A stretch of DNA of 48,001 bases, filler included, from Dirinaria sp. TL-2023a (taxonomy: Eukaryota): assembly GCA_051941275.1 (NCBI GenBank). It is 2 parts of 2 records of this genome, joined end to end, with 100 filler letters (N's around TTAATTAATTAA, not from the genome) between each part and the next. Parts side by side here need not be neighbours in the genome. Positions count along the whole stretch, not along the records: positions 24,091 to 48,001 come from JAVEBF010000196.1; 1 more part is not named here. One strand, written 5' to 3'. This document shows positions 23,991 through 36,900 of the stretch, piece by piece. Under the pieces are notes generated by a model. The model saw only the letters and a program-made list of their open reading frames with translations, did no database searches and was not told the origin of the DNA. Made by a program: the position numbers and the translations under genes. The first letter of the stretch is position 1. The number at the start of each line of letters is the position of its first letter.

Positions 23991-24090
23991 NNNNNNNNNN
24001 NNNNNNNNNNNNNNNNNNNNNNNNNNNNNNNNNNTTAATTAATTAANNNNNNNNNNNNNNNNNNNNNNNNNNNNNNNNNNNNNNNNNNNN
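23991..24090. other. Artificial contig-joining spacer (44 N + TTAATTAATTAA + 44 N)
   Basis: Symmetric 100-nt spacer; the 12-mer puts a stop codon in all six frames; genes on both sides are cut off. Confidence 0.95.
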
Positions 24091-24750
24091 GGGTTTAGAA
24101 TCACCCGCTTTGAAAAGGGGGGGGGGGAAATGAAAATCACAGTATAGAGAGAGAGAAAGGTAGAGCGTACGTAGAATGCCCCAGAGAAAAGAACGTGCCC
24201 ACTGTGACTGGATGTTGACCGGACGCCACGAGGCGACGGGTCATCAGATCTATAGCCTGGCCATTTGCTTCAGCGACGTATTTTTTTTTTCTTTCTAAGC
24301 CAAAAGAGATTAACTGATATATGGTCTGCATCGAGCGCATGCCTGACGAGAGAAACGATTAGACAAAAAACAACCAAAGATCAGACAAGAAGTAACGTCG
24401 AAACTCCTACCTCAGACCCAAAGTGTAGGCCAGTACAGCGGTAGAAACCAGCGCTCTGAAGAAAACCACTCCATGATTAACAAACTCGTAGAGCGATTTT
24501 CCTGATAGTACTTCTCGTACCCATGAGCATGCTGCGCCATCAACTTAGTGGTCTGATCAATTAAGGTGACGTTGTTCTTGTTCTGGCCTACCAGAGCGAT
24601 GCCAACGCCTGCCCAAGCCAAAGCATTCGCCAGCACGAGTCCGACGATGATGGCCACCGCTGGCAATGGTAGTCGTCGGAGCCCCGGGGTTTGGCTGTGG
24701 AGGGCTACAGCATGGTCCCGGATGCTTTTCTTGATGGTTCGGGGGCTCAT
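24091..24750 (-). CDS. NIC1: High-affinity nickel/cobalt transporter, NiCoT (HoxN/NixA/Nic1) family; 5' part only
   Basis: Spliced short exons give [48 protein letters not shown], containing the NiCoT signatures RHAxDADHI and FSLGHS. Confidence 0.93.
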
Positions 24751-25248
24751 CTTCGTGCCCTTCTCCAGCAACACTATTTGATCCCGATTACGTTAAAGTT
24801 TGCAAGAGAAGGGTGGAAGAAGCAGATGCTAATGCATGGTCGACGTCACTCACAAAGCGCCAGGAATTCAACAGCCAGCTGGTTTACCAAAGTGAAGGGA
24901 GAAGAAATATTAGATTGCCCAGCGCAAGCTTAGCGGTTGTCTATGTAGCGTAGCATAACTTCGTAGCATCTATTCTATGGTTCCAAATTCAAAAGCGCCA
25001 GATGCACCTTCGCAGATTCAACTTAATCCGACTATGTGAGCACGAATGCTTTCAAAGCACTCGTGTGCATTTCCCAGCTGAGCTCGTCCAGCGAACTGGG
25101 CACAGACTCAACGCCGTGCCGGGAGGCCCATAAACTCTTCTCGTGGATATTACCTAGCATGCAGAAAAAGAAAAGACTTTTATCCGCCGCGTCCACAGAG
25201 TGGTCTCTGTAGATTCAGCATAGAGATGAATATAATTCGATGTCCACC

Positions 25249-28200
25249 TCATTTAGATCCCGGAGCATGCTCATCCAAGTCCACCTCTTTGGCTTCTTTC
25301 ATCAGTGGGCTGGGTGGAATGGCCCTCCGAATCTCATCAGGGCCAACATCATTGGACAAGCTTCTCCCTAGATCATCCGTGTCGTCGAGAGGTCCTGCGG
25401 GTCCGATACTTCTGGTCGTTGCGGAGCTGATACTGATGGCTGAAATAGGCCGCGCATCAGATTCCGACGCAGATCTTACTGACAGCCTCTCGTCCTCAAC
25501 GGCAATCGGAACGGCAAGCTTTGAATCCTCCCCATGGGCGGACCGACGTACTTTCAGACGCTCTTCCGGTGACATGTCCTGCCATTCAGCCCCGAATGTA
25601 ATGACCGAGGCCTTTTTGCCGTGAACAGTGAAACTGCCGGTTCCCCGCGCCAAACCCTCGCTGTCCACTAAAGAGGATGCATCTTCGGTCCCAACACCAC
25701 TGGAGGCCGACTCCTTGCCTTTCTTACTTCGGTGGTGGTGGACGGAATGATGCGAATGATGCGAATCCCGTAATGTCCGTTGAAGACTCCGGCGGATCTT
25801 AGGTCTATCCTCATTGAACAACAGCCCCGAAGCCTTCGCGGTCTCCTGATCCTGGTCTTTCGCAGTGTCACTGCCCGCAGTGCCTGGACGTATCGGCTTG
25901 TTACTCGGGCTCTCGGGCAAAACGACCCCAGCCTCCTTTAGGACGGCCTGCTCGTCGTCGTCGATGCTCGGTGTAGGAGTAGCCAACCGAGCAGCCAGTT
26001 CAGCCAGACTTGGTGCCTTCTCAGAGCCCCGGACACTCGTCTGCGAGATACGGTGGTGCAATGCTGGGTTCACTGCTGCTGTGGCTCCATTGGTCGGCTC
26101 AGACTTCAAGGCCTTTGCTGGATCGAATGATAAAGGCGGCAATTCCCATGAGCCTTTCGGCTTCTGGCTTTGCGGTGGAGACGCATGGCTGGGTGAGCGG
26201 AAGACGTTGTCCATGGAAAGCGTGGCTCCCGATGCTGGCTGTATAGATGGACGAGCCACTTTATCAGTCTTCGGACTATTTGGGGGGCTGATAGCTTGAG
26301 CATTATTCGAGTCACGCTTTCCTATCGGCCGTGGGCCGGATTTGATTGAAAATGCCTTTCCGGGATCAGTGGATTTCCCTTCTTCCTCCAGATCCAATGC
26401 TAAGATGTCCTTATGGCAACGCGTGCGCCATATTTCCAGGCGTAGCCACTTGATCTTGGCCGCCATCCCTCCAGCTGCAAGAATAATCTGCTCGCGTGTC
26501 TTGTTTTGAATAGGTGCAAGGACTTGCAAATGCCGTGCGTTCCTTAGCTGACCGTCTAATTGTTTGCCAGCGACTTCCAGCTGATTCTCGGCATCTTCAA
26601 TCTTTTGAGCCATGATCTGTCGCCTCGCGGTTTGGATCTGTTGGGCGAGTTCATCGTCGATTTTTGGATTGCGGATAGATATTCCACCACTCGCGGTCCG
26701 TACACTTTGGGTAGATGTGCTCGAGTCCATCCGGTGGATCCCACGAGATCTCGGATCGTCATGGCTGCCAATGACGGCCCTCATGCGAACACCAGCAGTT
26801 TTGAAAGTGGATGCGTAGTTGAGCTTGGAAAGCCAGTCATTCATATCGCTTTCATTATCTGCCAGAAATACCTCTTCGAACCCGCCATGACGGACGAAGA
26901 GGAATGCATGTTTATGTTTCTTGTATGTAGCGTCTACTAGAGCGACAGCGTCCTCTGTGGACATCATCACATCAGGCTTGAATTGTTCCAGCGGCGGCTT
27001 GAAGGTAACCGGCTTCGCTGCCAGACCTAGCTTGCGATGAGAGTCTTGTTGGTGCATCAAATTCTTGATCCACGCAGTGTTACGGAAGAAGTACAACTGA
27101 GCTCCAGTAAGGATGGCGCCCCATTCTTGCCATGGCGACCGAGCTTTTTTCTTCTTGGGGTCCTTGCGCCAGAGAACACCAACTTTAGTGACTTTGATAT
27201 CCACCACGCCGGGATGTGCTTCTGCAGGGTTTGCGACGGTTTCTGGCGACATGAACGCATCTGGACGAGATCGAGACGACACAATTTGAAGCACTCCAGA
27301 CTTGAAAAAGGAGTTGTGCAAGTCTGCAATATTGAGCGAGGGCGCAGTGCCGAGGTAAGTATAAGGGTCGTCCAGGTTCATGACATCCTTCAGTGACGGC
27401 CGAAGTGTATCCAAGCTGCTATCCAGAATGAGGGTGTAGGGATCTACAGGCTCTCGAGAGCCTCTTCCTATTGAGTCTGGACCTCCCCTGTTGAACACGC
27501 TTTTTCGCGGCTTTGCAACGATTCTCTCGCCATTGATATCGAGGTCATCCTCTACGTGTATGAATGGCGTATAAGAGATGTTATCGTAGAAGCACTCCAG
27601 TATCTCTTCAGCGACGCCTTGACCCCGGGCGTTTTTGCAATAGTCGGGCTTCTGCATTTTGTGTTTATTGTTTTTGTTGAAGGCGTCCGTATGCAGTATC
27701 AGAATAGAAAAAGCAATGAAATATGCTTCGTCTGGGAAGAGAATCAGTATTATCGAAGAGTAGACCACCGGTGACCCTTACCCGTTGAAGCGAATACGCC
27801 GGGATTGCATTCATGATACCGGTTCGCGAATGACTGCAAGACACGATCGATCTGCTGAGTCTCCTTGGGCAGCTCAACCTCCATCAACAACTTCCTGATA
27901 GCCATATCCATTGGGTCTCCGAAAAACTTGAATCCGCGCATGTAGCTTCTCAATGCATTTCGCAAGAATTCATCATCGGATTTGGACAGGATTGTTGCTA
28001 CTACACCCCGACTGACAGCTTCCCGTAAGCGAGCAAGGTACTTCGACGGCGTATCGCCCTCCTCACGTTCAGGAACAATGATGGGTTCTCTGCTCAAACT
28101 GAAAGACTGCGACTTGGATCCTGCTGAGATGGGTGTGCCAGGTACTGGAGGATGATTTGACATTAGTCTGGCCGTCTGGGGCTCCGAGTTGTGCCTCAAG

Positions 28201-29563
28201 CGTGACAGGTTGAACAAGCCTCCAAGACTAGACCGTCCTGTAGTCGAGGATGAATTGCGTCCAGATGTATCATACGCGGGTGTTGGAAGGCTTTCATCAT
28301 CAGGTACACCGCGTAAGGAACCTTTGGTGGGGCTTCTGCCCTTTTGTTTCTGCGAGCCGGGTTGCACCAAGCCAGGAGAGGACCTGCCAGACCTTGAGGT
28401 GGTGGTAGACTGCCTTGGTGATGCCGAGTCGCTGGATGGGGCAAACCTCGGCATTGGATGTTCCAACAAAGCCGGTGATGAAGGTGAGAGGGGAGATGGA
28501 AGGTTGGAAATGTCATGCTCGTTCACACCAGGTCGATGGACAGCCGTGAGTGGTGGCGTCGCTGTGGAAGATGGCCGTCTTGAAGATTCGTAGGCAGAAT
28601 CAAGGCCAGGAGTAGGAGCATGTAGGGACGGAGTTAGAGAGGCATCTGGTGGGGGTATCTTCACAGGAAGTGGGAATAATGGCCCTTTGTTTTTCTTGCG
28701 TCTCGGAAGACGAAAGATCGTCGTCGTGGTCGAGACAGTGTGTGTAGTCGTTGTTGTTGCATAGAGACCGTGATCCCCACTACCGTCCGAGCGCGAAGAC
28801 TCCGATAACCTGGTGACTGGAAGCGCCATGGTTGAATTGGCATGGTCGCCGTAGGCAGGAGGAGCCGGAGCGCTGCGCAGTCTCTCTTGATCCTCATCTC
28901 GATGCTTTAGTGGGTCGTCGAACGTCAAGCGGGAAGCGCGAGCACTCTGATTCTGCGAGCGCGGAAGCTGCTGTGTAGATTCAGGCCGCTTCTCTGCCAG
29001 CGATGTCCGCGAAGACCGAGCTGTAAGTGACCTCGCGGTGCCAGTGATTTTCTGCCGTCGTGGTAGTGTGAAGGTCGATTTCTTCTTCGGCGGTTGATCC
29101 ACGTCACCGGTTGGTGCTGTGGTGATGATGGAAGGAGCTGTATGGGAATCGTCAGTGACATTTATCAGAGCACAGCCGTCCGACTGAAGCATCAGAAGAC
29201 ACTGGCAGTGAAGGGCTTACCGTTCGGCATCGGTGGAGGGACGGTTGCTTGCTCCTTGGCTGTCTTCGCCAGTTGAGAATCCGAAGCGTGTCTGAACTTC
29301 AACATGCTGGAACGTTGCTGACGTCGATTCGGCGACGGGTCTCTTAACGGCTTTGCGCCGAAAGAATCATCAATGGCAGCGCCGGCTGGGTCGATCGAGT
29401 TACGCAAAGGCGATGATGAGCGGACGGGATTCATCGGATCCACGCCGCCGTCATGGCTGGTACTCGTACGAGCATCTCCCGGGATATTGGCCGGATCGAG
29501 GGTGCTATGACGGCGCAAAGCCGCGTCGCTTGGTCGATTGACACGAAGACGACTCCACGGCAT
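25249..29563 (-). CDS. Sec7-domain Arf guanine-nucleotide exchange factor with PH domain (Syt1-like); 3 exons
   Basis: Sec7 motifs PMDMAIRKLL...LPKETQQIDRVLQSFANRY, AYFIAFSILILHTDAFNKN; PH domain KVGVLWRK...WQEWGAILTG...NDWLSKLNYAS. Confidence 0.92.
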
Positions 29564-30125
29564 GGTGATGAAGGTATCTGTGTTGTAGGGTCCTCATTTG
29601 CAGTGTCGATGTGTCTTGTCTCGGAAGGCCTAAGGGGTCGGGAGGAGAGTTGGATTGGGTAAGGTCTAGGATCGGGGGGAGTGAATTGTTGAAACGAGTG
29701 ACGTAGGCTTGTAGGATGAGGGGGACACTTCTGCCAGAGAAGACAGTCCCGAGTCAGGTAGTAAGGTAGTGAAGCAAGTGTTGATACGTAGGGATGGATG
29801 GTGGAGGGAAATAGGATGAAGATCCAGTTCTCTCCCTTGCTTGTACCTTGGTACCTCCTCACTACTCCGTACTCCTGCCAGTAAAAAGCAAGTCTCTACC
29901 TACTTTAGTCTCACTAATCGCCTCGCCAAGTCGCCAAGTCGTCGCCAAGTCGTCGCTATCCCCTCCCGTCTCTTCTTCAAACGCTCGGGCCACGTCAAGC
30001 CAACAATTCAATTCCACAGGAACTAAAGCTCGAACGGGGTGGTCGCCGCAGCCAGAACCGCTATTCCGCTCTGGGAAGCTGATACGAACCCCCACTCGCT
30101 TCAGGCAGACGAAATGATCATCAGA

Positions 30126-30168
30126 TACTGTACTGTACTGTAGTACTGTACTGTAGTACTGTACTGTA
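30126..30168. repeat. (TACTG)n-type degenerate tandem repeat in the divergent intergenic region
   Basis: tactgtactgtactgtagtactgtactgtagtactgtactgta read directly. Confidence 0.85.
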
Positions 30169-30360
30169 ATCAGGTAAAAGGAGGGTAATGCAATGCAGTA
30201 TCGATGTTAAACACAGTACAGTCTTTTACCTCGCTGACTTGATAAGTACTACAGCTATTCTATTCTATTATTGCCAATCAATTCATTCCAGCACACTCTT
30301 ATCGTTCTTCTGTTCATATTATTCAATTCTCAATGAGCATTCTTTGACCACCCATACACA

Positions 30361-32219
30361 ATGCGTCAGCTCCATAGTCTTCTGACTCTCGCTCCCTCGT
30401 TATTGCTCTTCTGCTTGACCTCGACGTCCGCTCACGCTCCCTCTTATACCCATAATACCGATTATTTGGATACTCTACCAGACTCACGCCATCAAATCCC
30501 CCAGTTCCGACATCATTCCGGAGACCCAAGACCACTTCTGACGCGATGGAGAGATCGCGTTCTGCAGGCAATCTGGAGGATACCCGAACCCTCCTGCGAT
30601 CCGCCAGGCAACAGTCGCAAGGTATCCGCGTCAACAGCGAGTCCGCCTCCAACGTTGTTGTCTCGATACGGAGGCGATTTGGTCCTGCGATTTGAGATTC
30701 GGTCTGCAGAGGAGGCGCAGGCGTTATCGGATGCAATCGATGTGCTGCTGCTGGATGTTTGGGAATTCACGCCGGATTGGGTTGATATCAGGCTCTCGAA
30801 AGAAGTGGTAAGCTCCCAAATCGAGCACCGATTTGATATGCCATTGGTTTGACTTCAGGCCAGGTCCCCTCACTACTGGGCCTCCTACCGGCTTCCCTCC
30901 AGCATGCTCATACACCCTTGATGCACGACCTTGCCCAGGCCATATACGAATCTTACCCATCTCTCTCCTTCTCCGATCCATCCTCTCCTCCACCGAACGG
31001 CCACCGCACCTTCAGTCCCAGCCTCCGTCCTTCTTCCTCCGAAACCAACATCTTCTTCCAAAGCTACCAACCCCTTTCAGTCATCACCCCATGGATGCGC
31101 CTCCTGAAGTCTCTCTTCCCCTCTCACGTTCGCCTGATCAACATCGGTATCTCCTATGAAGGCCGCGACATCCCCGCCTTCCGCGTCGGCGTACATCCTA
31201 CAAACAGCGAAAAGCCCAGTGGGCGGCGCAAAACCGTCATCGTGGTCGGTGGGTCGCATGCCCGGGAATGGATCAGCGTCAGCACCGTGACCTACGTGGC
31301 ATATAGTTTTATTACCGGCTACGGAAAATCGCGATTGACCACCAAGCTGCTGGAAAATTTCGACTGGATTTTCATCCCGACCCTCAATCCAGACGGGTAC
31401 GCGTACACGTGGGAAAACGACCGGCTGTGGCGCAAGAACCGCCAGCAGACCTCGCTCCGCTTCTGCAAGGGCCTGGATCTCGACCGCTCGTGGGGTTTCG
31501 AATGGGACGACGAAGCCTCGAAGAGCAACCCGTGCAGCGAGAGCTTTTCGGGCGAGGAAGCCTTCGAGGGTGTCGAAGCCCGCCGGCTGGCGGACTGGGT
31601 GCGCAACGAAACGGTCAACAACAACGCCTCCTTCATCGGGTTCCTCGACCTGCACAGCTATTCTCAGCAGGTGCTGTACCCGTACTCGTACTCCTGCATA
31701 GCTACCCCGCCTTCGCTGGAGAACCTGCAGGAACTAGCCATCGGCCTCGCGAAAGCGATCCGCCTCACCAGCGGCGAGATCTACGGCGTCACCTCCGCGT
31801 GCGAAGGCAGTGTCACTTTCTCCCCGGACCAGGAGCCCCAACTACAGCCACCACCACCACAAAAACAAAATCCAATCCACCCACGTATCGAAACAGGAGG
31901 CGGCTCCGCCCTCGACTGGTTCTACCACGAAGCGCAGGTCCCGTATACGTACCAGATCAAGCTGCGCGACACGGGCAGCTACGGCTTCCTGCTCCCCGCC
32001 AACAGGATCGTGCCCACGGGCAAAGAGGCCACGGCTGCGCTGACGTATTTCGGGAATTGGTTGCTGGGGAACAAGGGGATTGAGGCTGAAGCCGGGACGG
32101 GGACGAATGGAAGAATCGTGGAGGAGGGTAATGACAGAAGTAGTATTATTGATGAAGAAGAAAAAGTAGAAGAAGATGATGAACTGATCCAAGGGGAGTT
32201 GAAGCGAAGAAGAAGATAA
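30361..32219 (+). CDS. ECM14: Ecm14 M14 metallocarboxypeptidase-like protein with signal peptide and prodomain; 2 exons
   Basis: [45 protein letters not shown]; intron starts GTAAGC at about 30808. Confidence 0.94.
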
Positions 32220-33545
32220 ATATGATTTCCAAACCTACACAATTGGCATTTTTGGTGTACCTAATTACATAATTAAGCAAGCAATCGGGGGGCGTTGGCG
32301 GCAAAATTGAGAAAAGCATTGGTGAATCAATTAATTTTACCCAAATCAGTTCATTTCATGTGTAATTTTTTTCCTTTGTGGCTCGGAGAGAGAAATGAGT
32401 CGGTAGGTTTGTTTGTTTCCAAGGGCCTTCTTGCCTTGGGATTCTTTTGTTAAACGTTCATATAATACCAAAAAGCTTACCGGGATTATTTTACCAAAGC
32501 CTTTTTTTCTTCTCTTTTTTTTTTTTTCTCCTTCATTATAAATTTTGGGGATGGGGGATGTTAAGCCGTTGACCGGGGGAAGGAAAAACCCTGCTGCTGC
32601 GGAGGTGGTGTGAGTCTTTTTTTTGTTTTGGGGGTTTGTATGCCGTACTTTCGAGAGGATTTCAAAGAAATATTTGAAAAAGAAGAAGAGACAAACGAAT
32701 CGCCGAACTTTTTAGAAAGTATCATCCTCGCTAGTTAGATGCTTGAAGGGTAGAGGAAACGAAATGTTGGTTGGTTGGGGGGGGGGGGGGAATAATAATA
32801 TGGTATGGGTATCTATGGTATGCCATATGCCATATGCATAAGGATATGAGAAGAATGAGTGAATGGAAATGAGAATCTAAGCCGGGAGAGGGGGTTGGGA
32901 AGTAAAGTAAGGTAAGGTACATAAGTTTCGAAGTATATATACTCTATCTACCTACCTCTAGAGAACAAGAAAAGAAATAAAAGAGCTCTTACGGCTCATA
33001 TTCTCGTGTTTCCTTTTTAAAAGGGAAGAATCTCGCATGATCTTCGCGAATGGAATGTAGCAGAGAGCAGCGAGATGTAGCAAAGAAAGAAGCGAGGTAT
33101 CTAACTAAGCGGGGTTTTGACTTTCGATATATATGTAGAAAAAAAAAAAAAAGCTTAGGTCTAGGTGAAGTCAATAAAGAGAGAAAAGAGTGCGGAAAAA
33201 ATCTAAAATATATCTTCGTATTCATGGGGATGTGTCTAGCGCGAGTCCTTCCTTCATCCCTACCCTTACCTTACTGAAGAGTTGAAGTAATGTAGGTAAG
33301 GTAGGTAAGTTCCAAAAAAAAACCCTTCCCACCTTTTTGCCCACGAAGACAAGGCACAGGGTACCTTAGCCCCAAAAACCACCCCCCGTCCGGCCCCGCT
33401 ACCATTTTCCTACTTAACTACCTACCTAGCTAGTTTCGATCGATGGATACGTACATACACAAAAACCCCGCCGCGCCCCAATCCAGGTCTTGCCAAAAAA
33501 AAGCCCATAGCTTGCACAGCAAGGAAGATTTTTTGCTCCATAGCT

Positions 33546-33572
33546 ACAGACAGACAGACAGACAGACAGACA
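33546..33572. repeat. (ACAG)n microsatellite
   Basis: acagacagacagacagacagacagaca read directly. Confidence 0.9.
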
Positions 33573-33996
33573 AGTTGTTCTTTATGCCAAACCGAGGGGG
33601 AGACCTATTTAATCGGGGCCGTTTACACAATCACAGAGGAAGAAAAATTGAGGGGAAAAGATGAGAAAGGGGGAGAGAGAGAGAAAAAAAAGGAAAGAAT
33701 GTTTCCACGCAAATGCCTGCCTGCAGATCGTGCTTTCTATCCCTATCTCTTTTTCCCCCCTCCTAGCCCACCCCTCTAATACCCGACAACAGGTAATACA
33801 CGGGATGGGAAAATGAAGGAGACTCGTTGAGCTTCGATTGCGAACCCCCACCTGGGTGGATTGGTGGTCCTTTGGTTTTTTTTTCTCTTCTAGTCTTGGA
33901 CTTTGTACATTGAAGAAGAACTCCGTTACCTGTAATCTTTTCAAAACAGGAAATCGTTACATTGAGCCGCAATCAAGATGTGTAATCGTGTGTGCT

Positions 33997-36900
33997 CTAT
34001 CTCTGTTGTTGCTGCCAGAGGAAAGTCAGCTCTCTGTGCGTACACTACCATATAATCAAGGACTACGGGGACTTACCCGGCCCCTCCGATTGTCGCCCTG
34101 TCCGCCTCCGTTATTCTGTCCATTCTGTCCATTCTGCCCGTTCTGCCCGTTCTGTTGATTTTGTTGGTTCCACATCCGCGCAGTTTGTTGTTGCTGCTGC
34201 TGCTGCTGCTGGTTCATGGCCATCTGCTGCTGGGCCTGTTGCACTTGCGCCTGCTGTGCCTGCTGTTGTGGCGTTAAAAATCCCAGAGGCTGGTAACCGA
34301 ATGGCGGATTTTGCTGGGGCAGCATGGGAAACGCCTGTGGTGCCGGAAAGCCTTGTCCTTGCATCAAAGCATCAGGCGTCATCTGCATGGGGCGTTGAGG
34401 CTGCGGCTGTATGCCTCTGAATTGCATGGGGTCGATCTGGGGCGTCGACGTGACGTAGTTCGGCAGCCCACCATAGTAGTTCGGTGATACCCCGCGCGTA
34501 ACCTGAGGGTTGAATGGGGCAAACTGCGAGTTCATTGGGGTGGAGATAAATTGAGGGTTGAATTGCTGTTCGTAGGCGAGCGAGTTTGGATCGATGGCTG
34601 TAGTGACAGGTAACATGCCCGGAGAGGGAAACGCAGAGCGCTGCGCTGGTTGAGGAAATTGCCCATTGGTGTAGTGATCACGGTCTTGGTGGTGATGACG
34701 TCGGCCATTGGGGATGCTGTGGGAAGAGGCTGGGCGAGAGCGATCATGGTGAGAATTATGCCCTTGTGAGCCTCCAGGGGAACGATCTGTCTTGCCTATC
34801 CCTTTGCCTGACATGCCAACTTCGTCCATCAGGCGCTTGTAGCCTTGGGATGGGGAGACATTCAGGCGGGTCAGGACGGTTTTGATGTTCGAGATCATAC
34901 TCGACCGTTCTTCTTCACCGAAGAAAGGTGTGCCGAGGATCTTGTAGATCAGTGTCGCTCCACTGGTTGAATCTCTTAATATATCTTCCAAGGTCTTGTG
35001 GTCGTCATCGTTGAAGAGCGCTTTGATGATGACGTCCCTCGCTTCAGGCTCGTTGCGTTGGTTGATAACTTTGAGAACCGTCAAGTACGCCACTTTATGG
35101 GTGCAGAGGTGCACAAGATGCGGAACCAGGCGGGGCGCAAGAACCGCACGTCGGTGGGGGAATGTACAGGTATCCAAGTACCATGTCAAGAGCAGTGCAC
35201 CATTGGCGTTGGTAGCCAGCTGCACGCTATGAAGAGCAATGGCAGCCGCCAGCACTCGCTGCTGGTCTTTTGAGGAATGATGGCTCTCAAGGCATGCTCT
35301 CATAGCTCGAGCGCCAAAGCGCCCTTGTGCGATATCCCACATCCGGCTGAGCATGGTTTCGAAAATGAAGGCGTTGAAAGGAAGACCGAATCGGAGGCAG
35401 CATTGAATCACGTAGTTGCCGTACTGGTCATTGAACAAAGGTATTGCATATGGCCGGATACTGTCCGCAATGATGCCCATCTGTGTTGGACTCCGAGTCC
35501 TGTCGATGATCTTTTGCGCCGCCCAGGTCCCATTCTTGTGCACACCCATTTCAGCGAGATGTGAATCTATACGAAGGAGCATTTGTTGCTTGGTATGTTC
35601 GGAGCAATACTCGAAAAGCTTTTGAACGACCGTGTTACCCAGGTAGTCCGAAGCCAGTTCGGCGATCTCCGGCAACATATCCGTTGCAATGCTTTCAAGA
35701 TCTTCTTTGGTGATGGAGTTGTTATCGATCCGCTTCCGGATTTCCCGCAATCTTGGTGCATCGTGGATCCTGGTCTGGCTTGCTTCTGGTATGGGCGGTA
35801 TTTCGGTTTCGTAATTCGTAAAGCGTACCGCCGCATCAATGGTGTTGGCGATATTGTAGCAATCGTGATCGCTTGCGCCAAATCGCGGCACGATCTCAAG
35901 CATCTCGGATTTCAGATCCTCGAGGTCCGGGATCTTTACACCTGTAGCAGTTCCTTGAGCATGCACACCGTTAGCCTGGCGATTACCATTCGATGCGCCT
36001 TTGTTGCCAGCATCTTGACGGTCCGTCTGTCCGTTGCTGAATGGATCAGGGCTCCTTGAAGGGTAGGACGAGTTGTTCCCGGGTGTACCTGTGCTAGACG
36101 ATGGCGCTTTAGCATAACCGATCCGTACTGGTCCTGCTCCGGGGAATATCTCTTTGCCGTTCAAAGTAGACTTAGCTTGAATAGCGCTTTCGACAGTTTC
36201 GAAGTTGACGAACCCACAATTCTTGTGGATCAGGACTCGAGCTGATTCGATACTCCCATAGGCCCGGAAGATTGCTTGGAGTGATGTTACGGTGGTCGAC
36301 GTGGGTATGTTCCCCAGCCACAGCGCACGTGTGGGTCCGTCTTGGTTATTTTCATCGGCGCTGTCATAATTGGGTCGGCCTGGCGATGGGCCCAGATGCA
36401 TCGCTTGTACTGCCTCTGGAAGCCCTGCGTAATCCATTCCGTTCGGAATGCCCAGACTAGCTGCAGTGATGCTCTGCTCGAGGGGAGACTTGATGTAGCC
36501 TAAGCCGTTGGATCTCAGAGGAGAGTCAAGGACCCCGGCTGTCCGGGCTCGTGGTCGATTGGACGTAGCTTGATTGGCGAAAGCCTGGACTGCCAGGTTA
36601 TGTTGATGGATCTGTTGCTGTGTGGCGGCAAACGCTGCAGCGGTCGCCATCTGGTGGTCTACGTATTCTCCATCCTCATCTTCTTGTTCTTGGTATTTTT
36701 CTTTCGCGTTGACGGAGTACGAGCGTAATCGGCTCAAGTTCTGCTTTGCCGTTAGAAGCTGAGCTGGCAAACTCATCATCAAACCTGGTGGAGCGAGGGT
36801 TGCCTGACTTTGCCGCGGCGTGTCGGCGAGCCCGAGGTAGTCGAGGGTCTTGACATCAGTGTCGTGGAGACCGTCTTTGGAGAACGAAGACTGCGCAGGC

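Noticed and set aside
24035..24046. TTAATTAATTAA as a biological palindrome or PacI-like site
   Set aside because: Sits symmetrically inside N runs; assembly linker
21663..24750. NLR plus nickel transporter as a convergent functional pair
   Set aside because: They lie on different contigs joined artificially
30126..30168. Short repeat array as CRISPR or telomere
   Set aside because: 5-nt units without spacers, not TTAGGG, eukaryotic context
32220..33990. AT-rich spacer as a RIP-degraded transposon
   Set aside because: Made of homopolymers and microsatellites; no terminal repeats, target-site duplication or transposase/RT remnant visible
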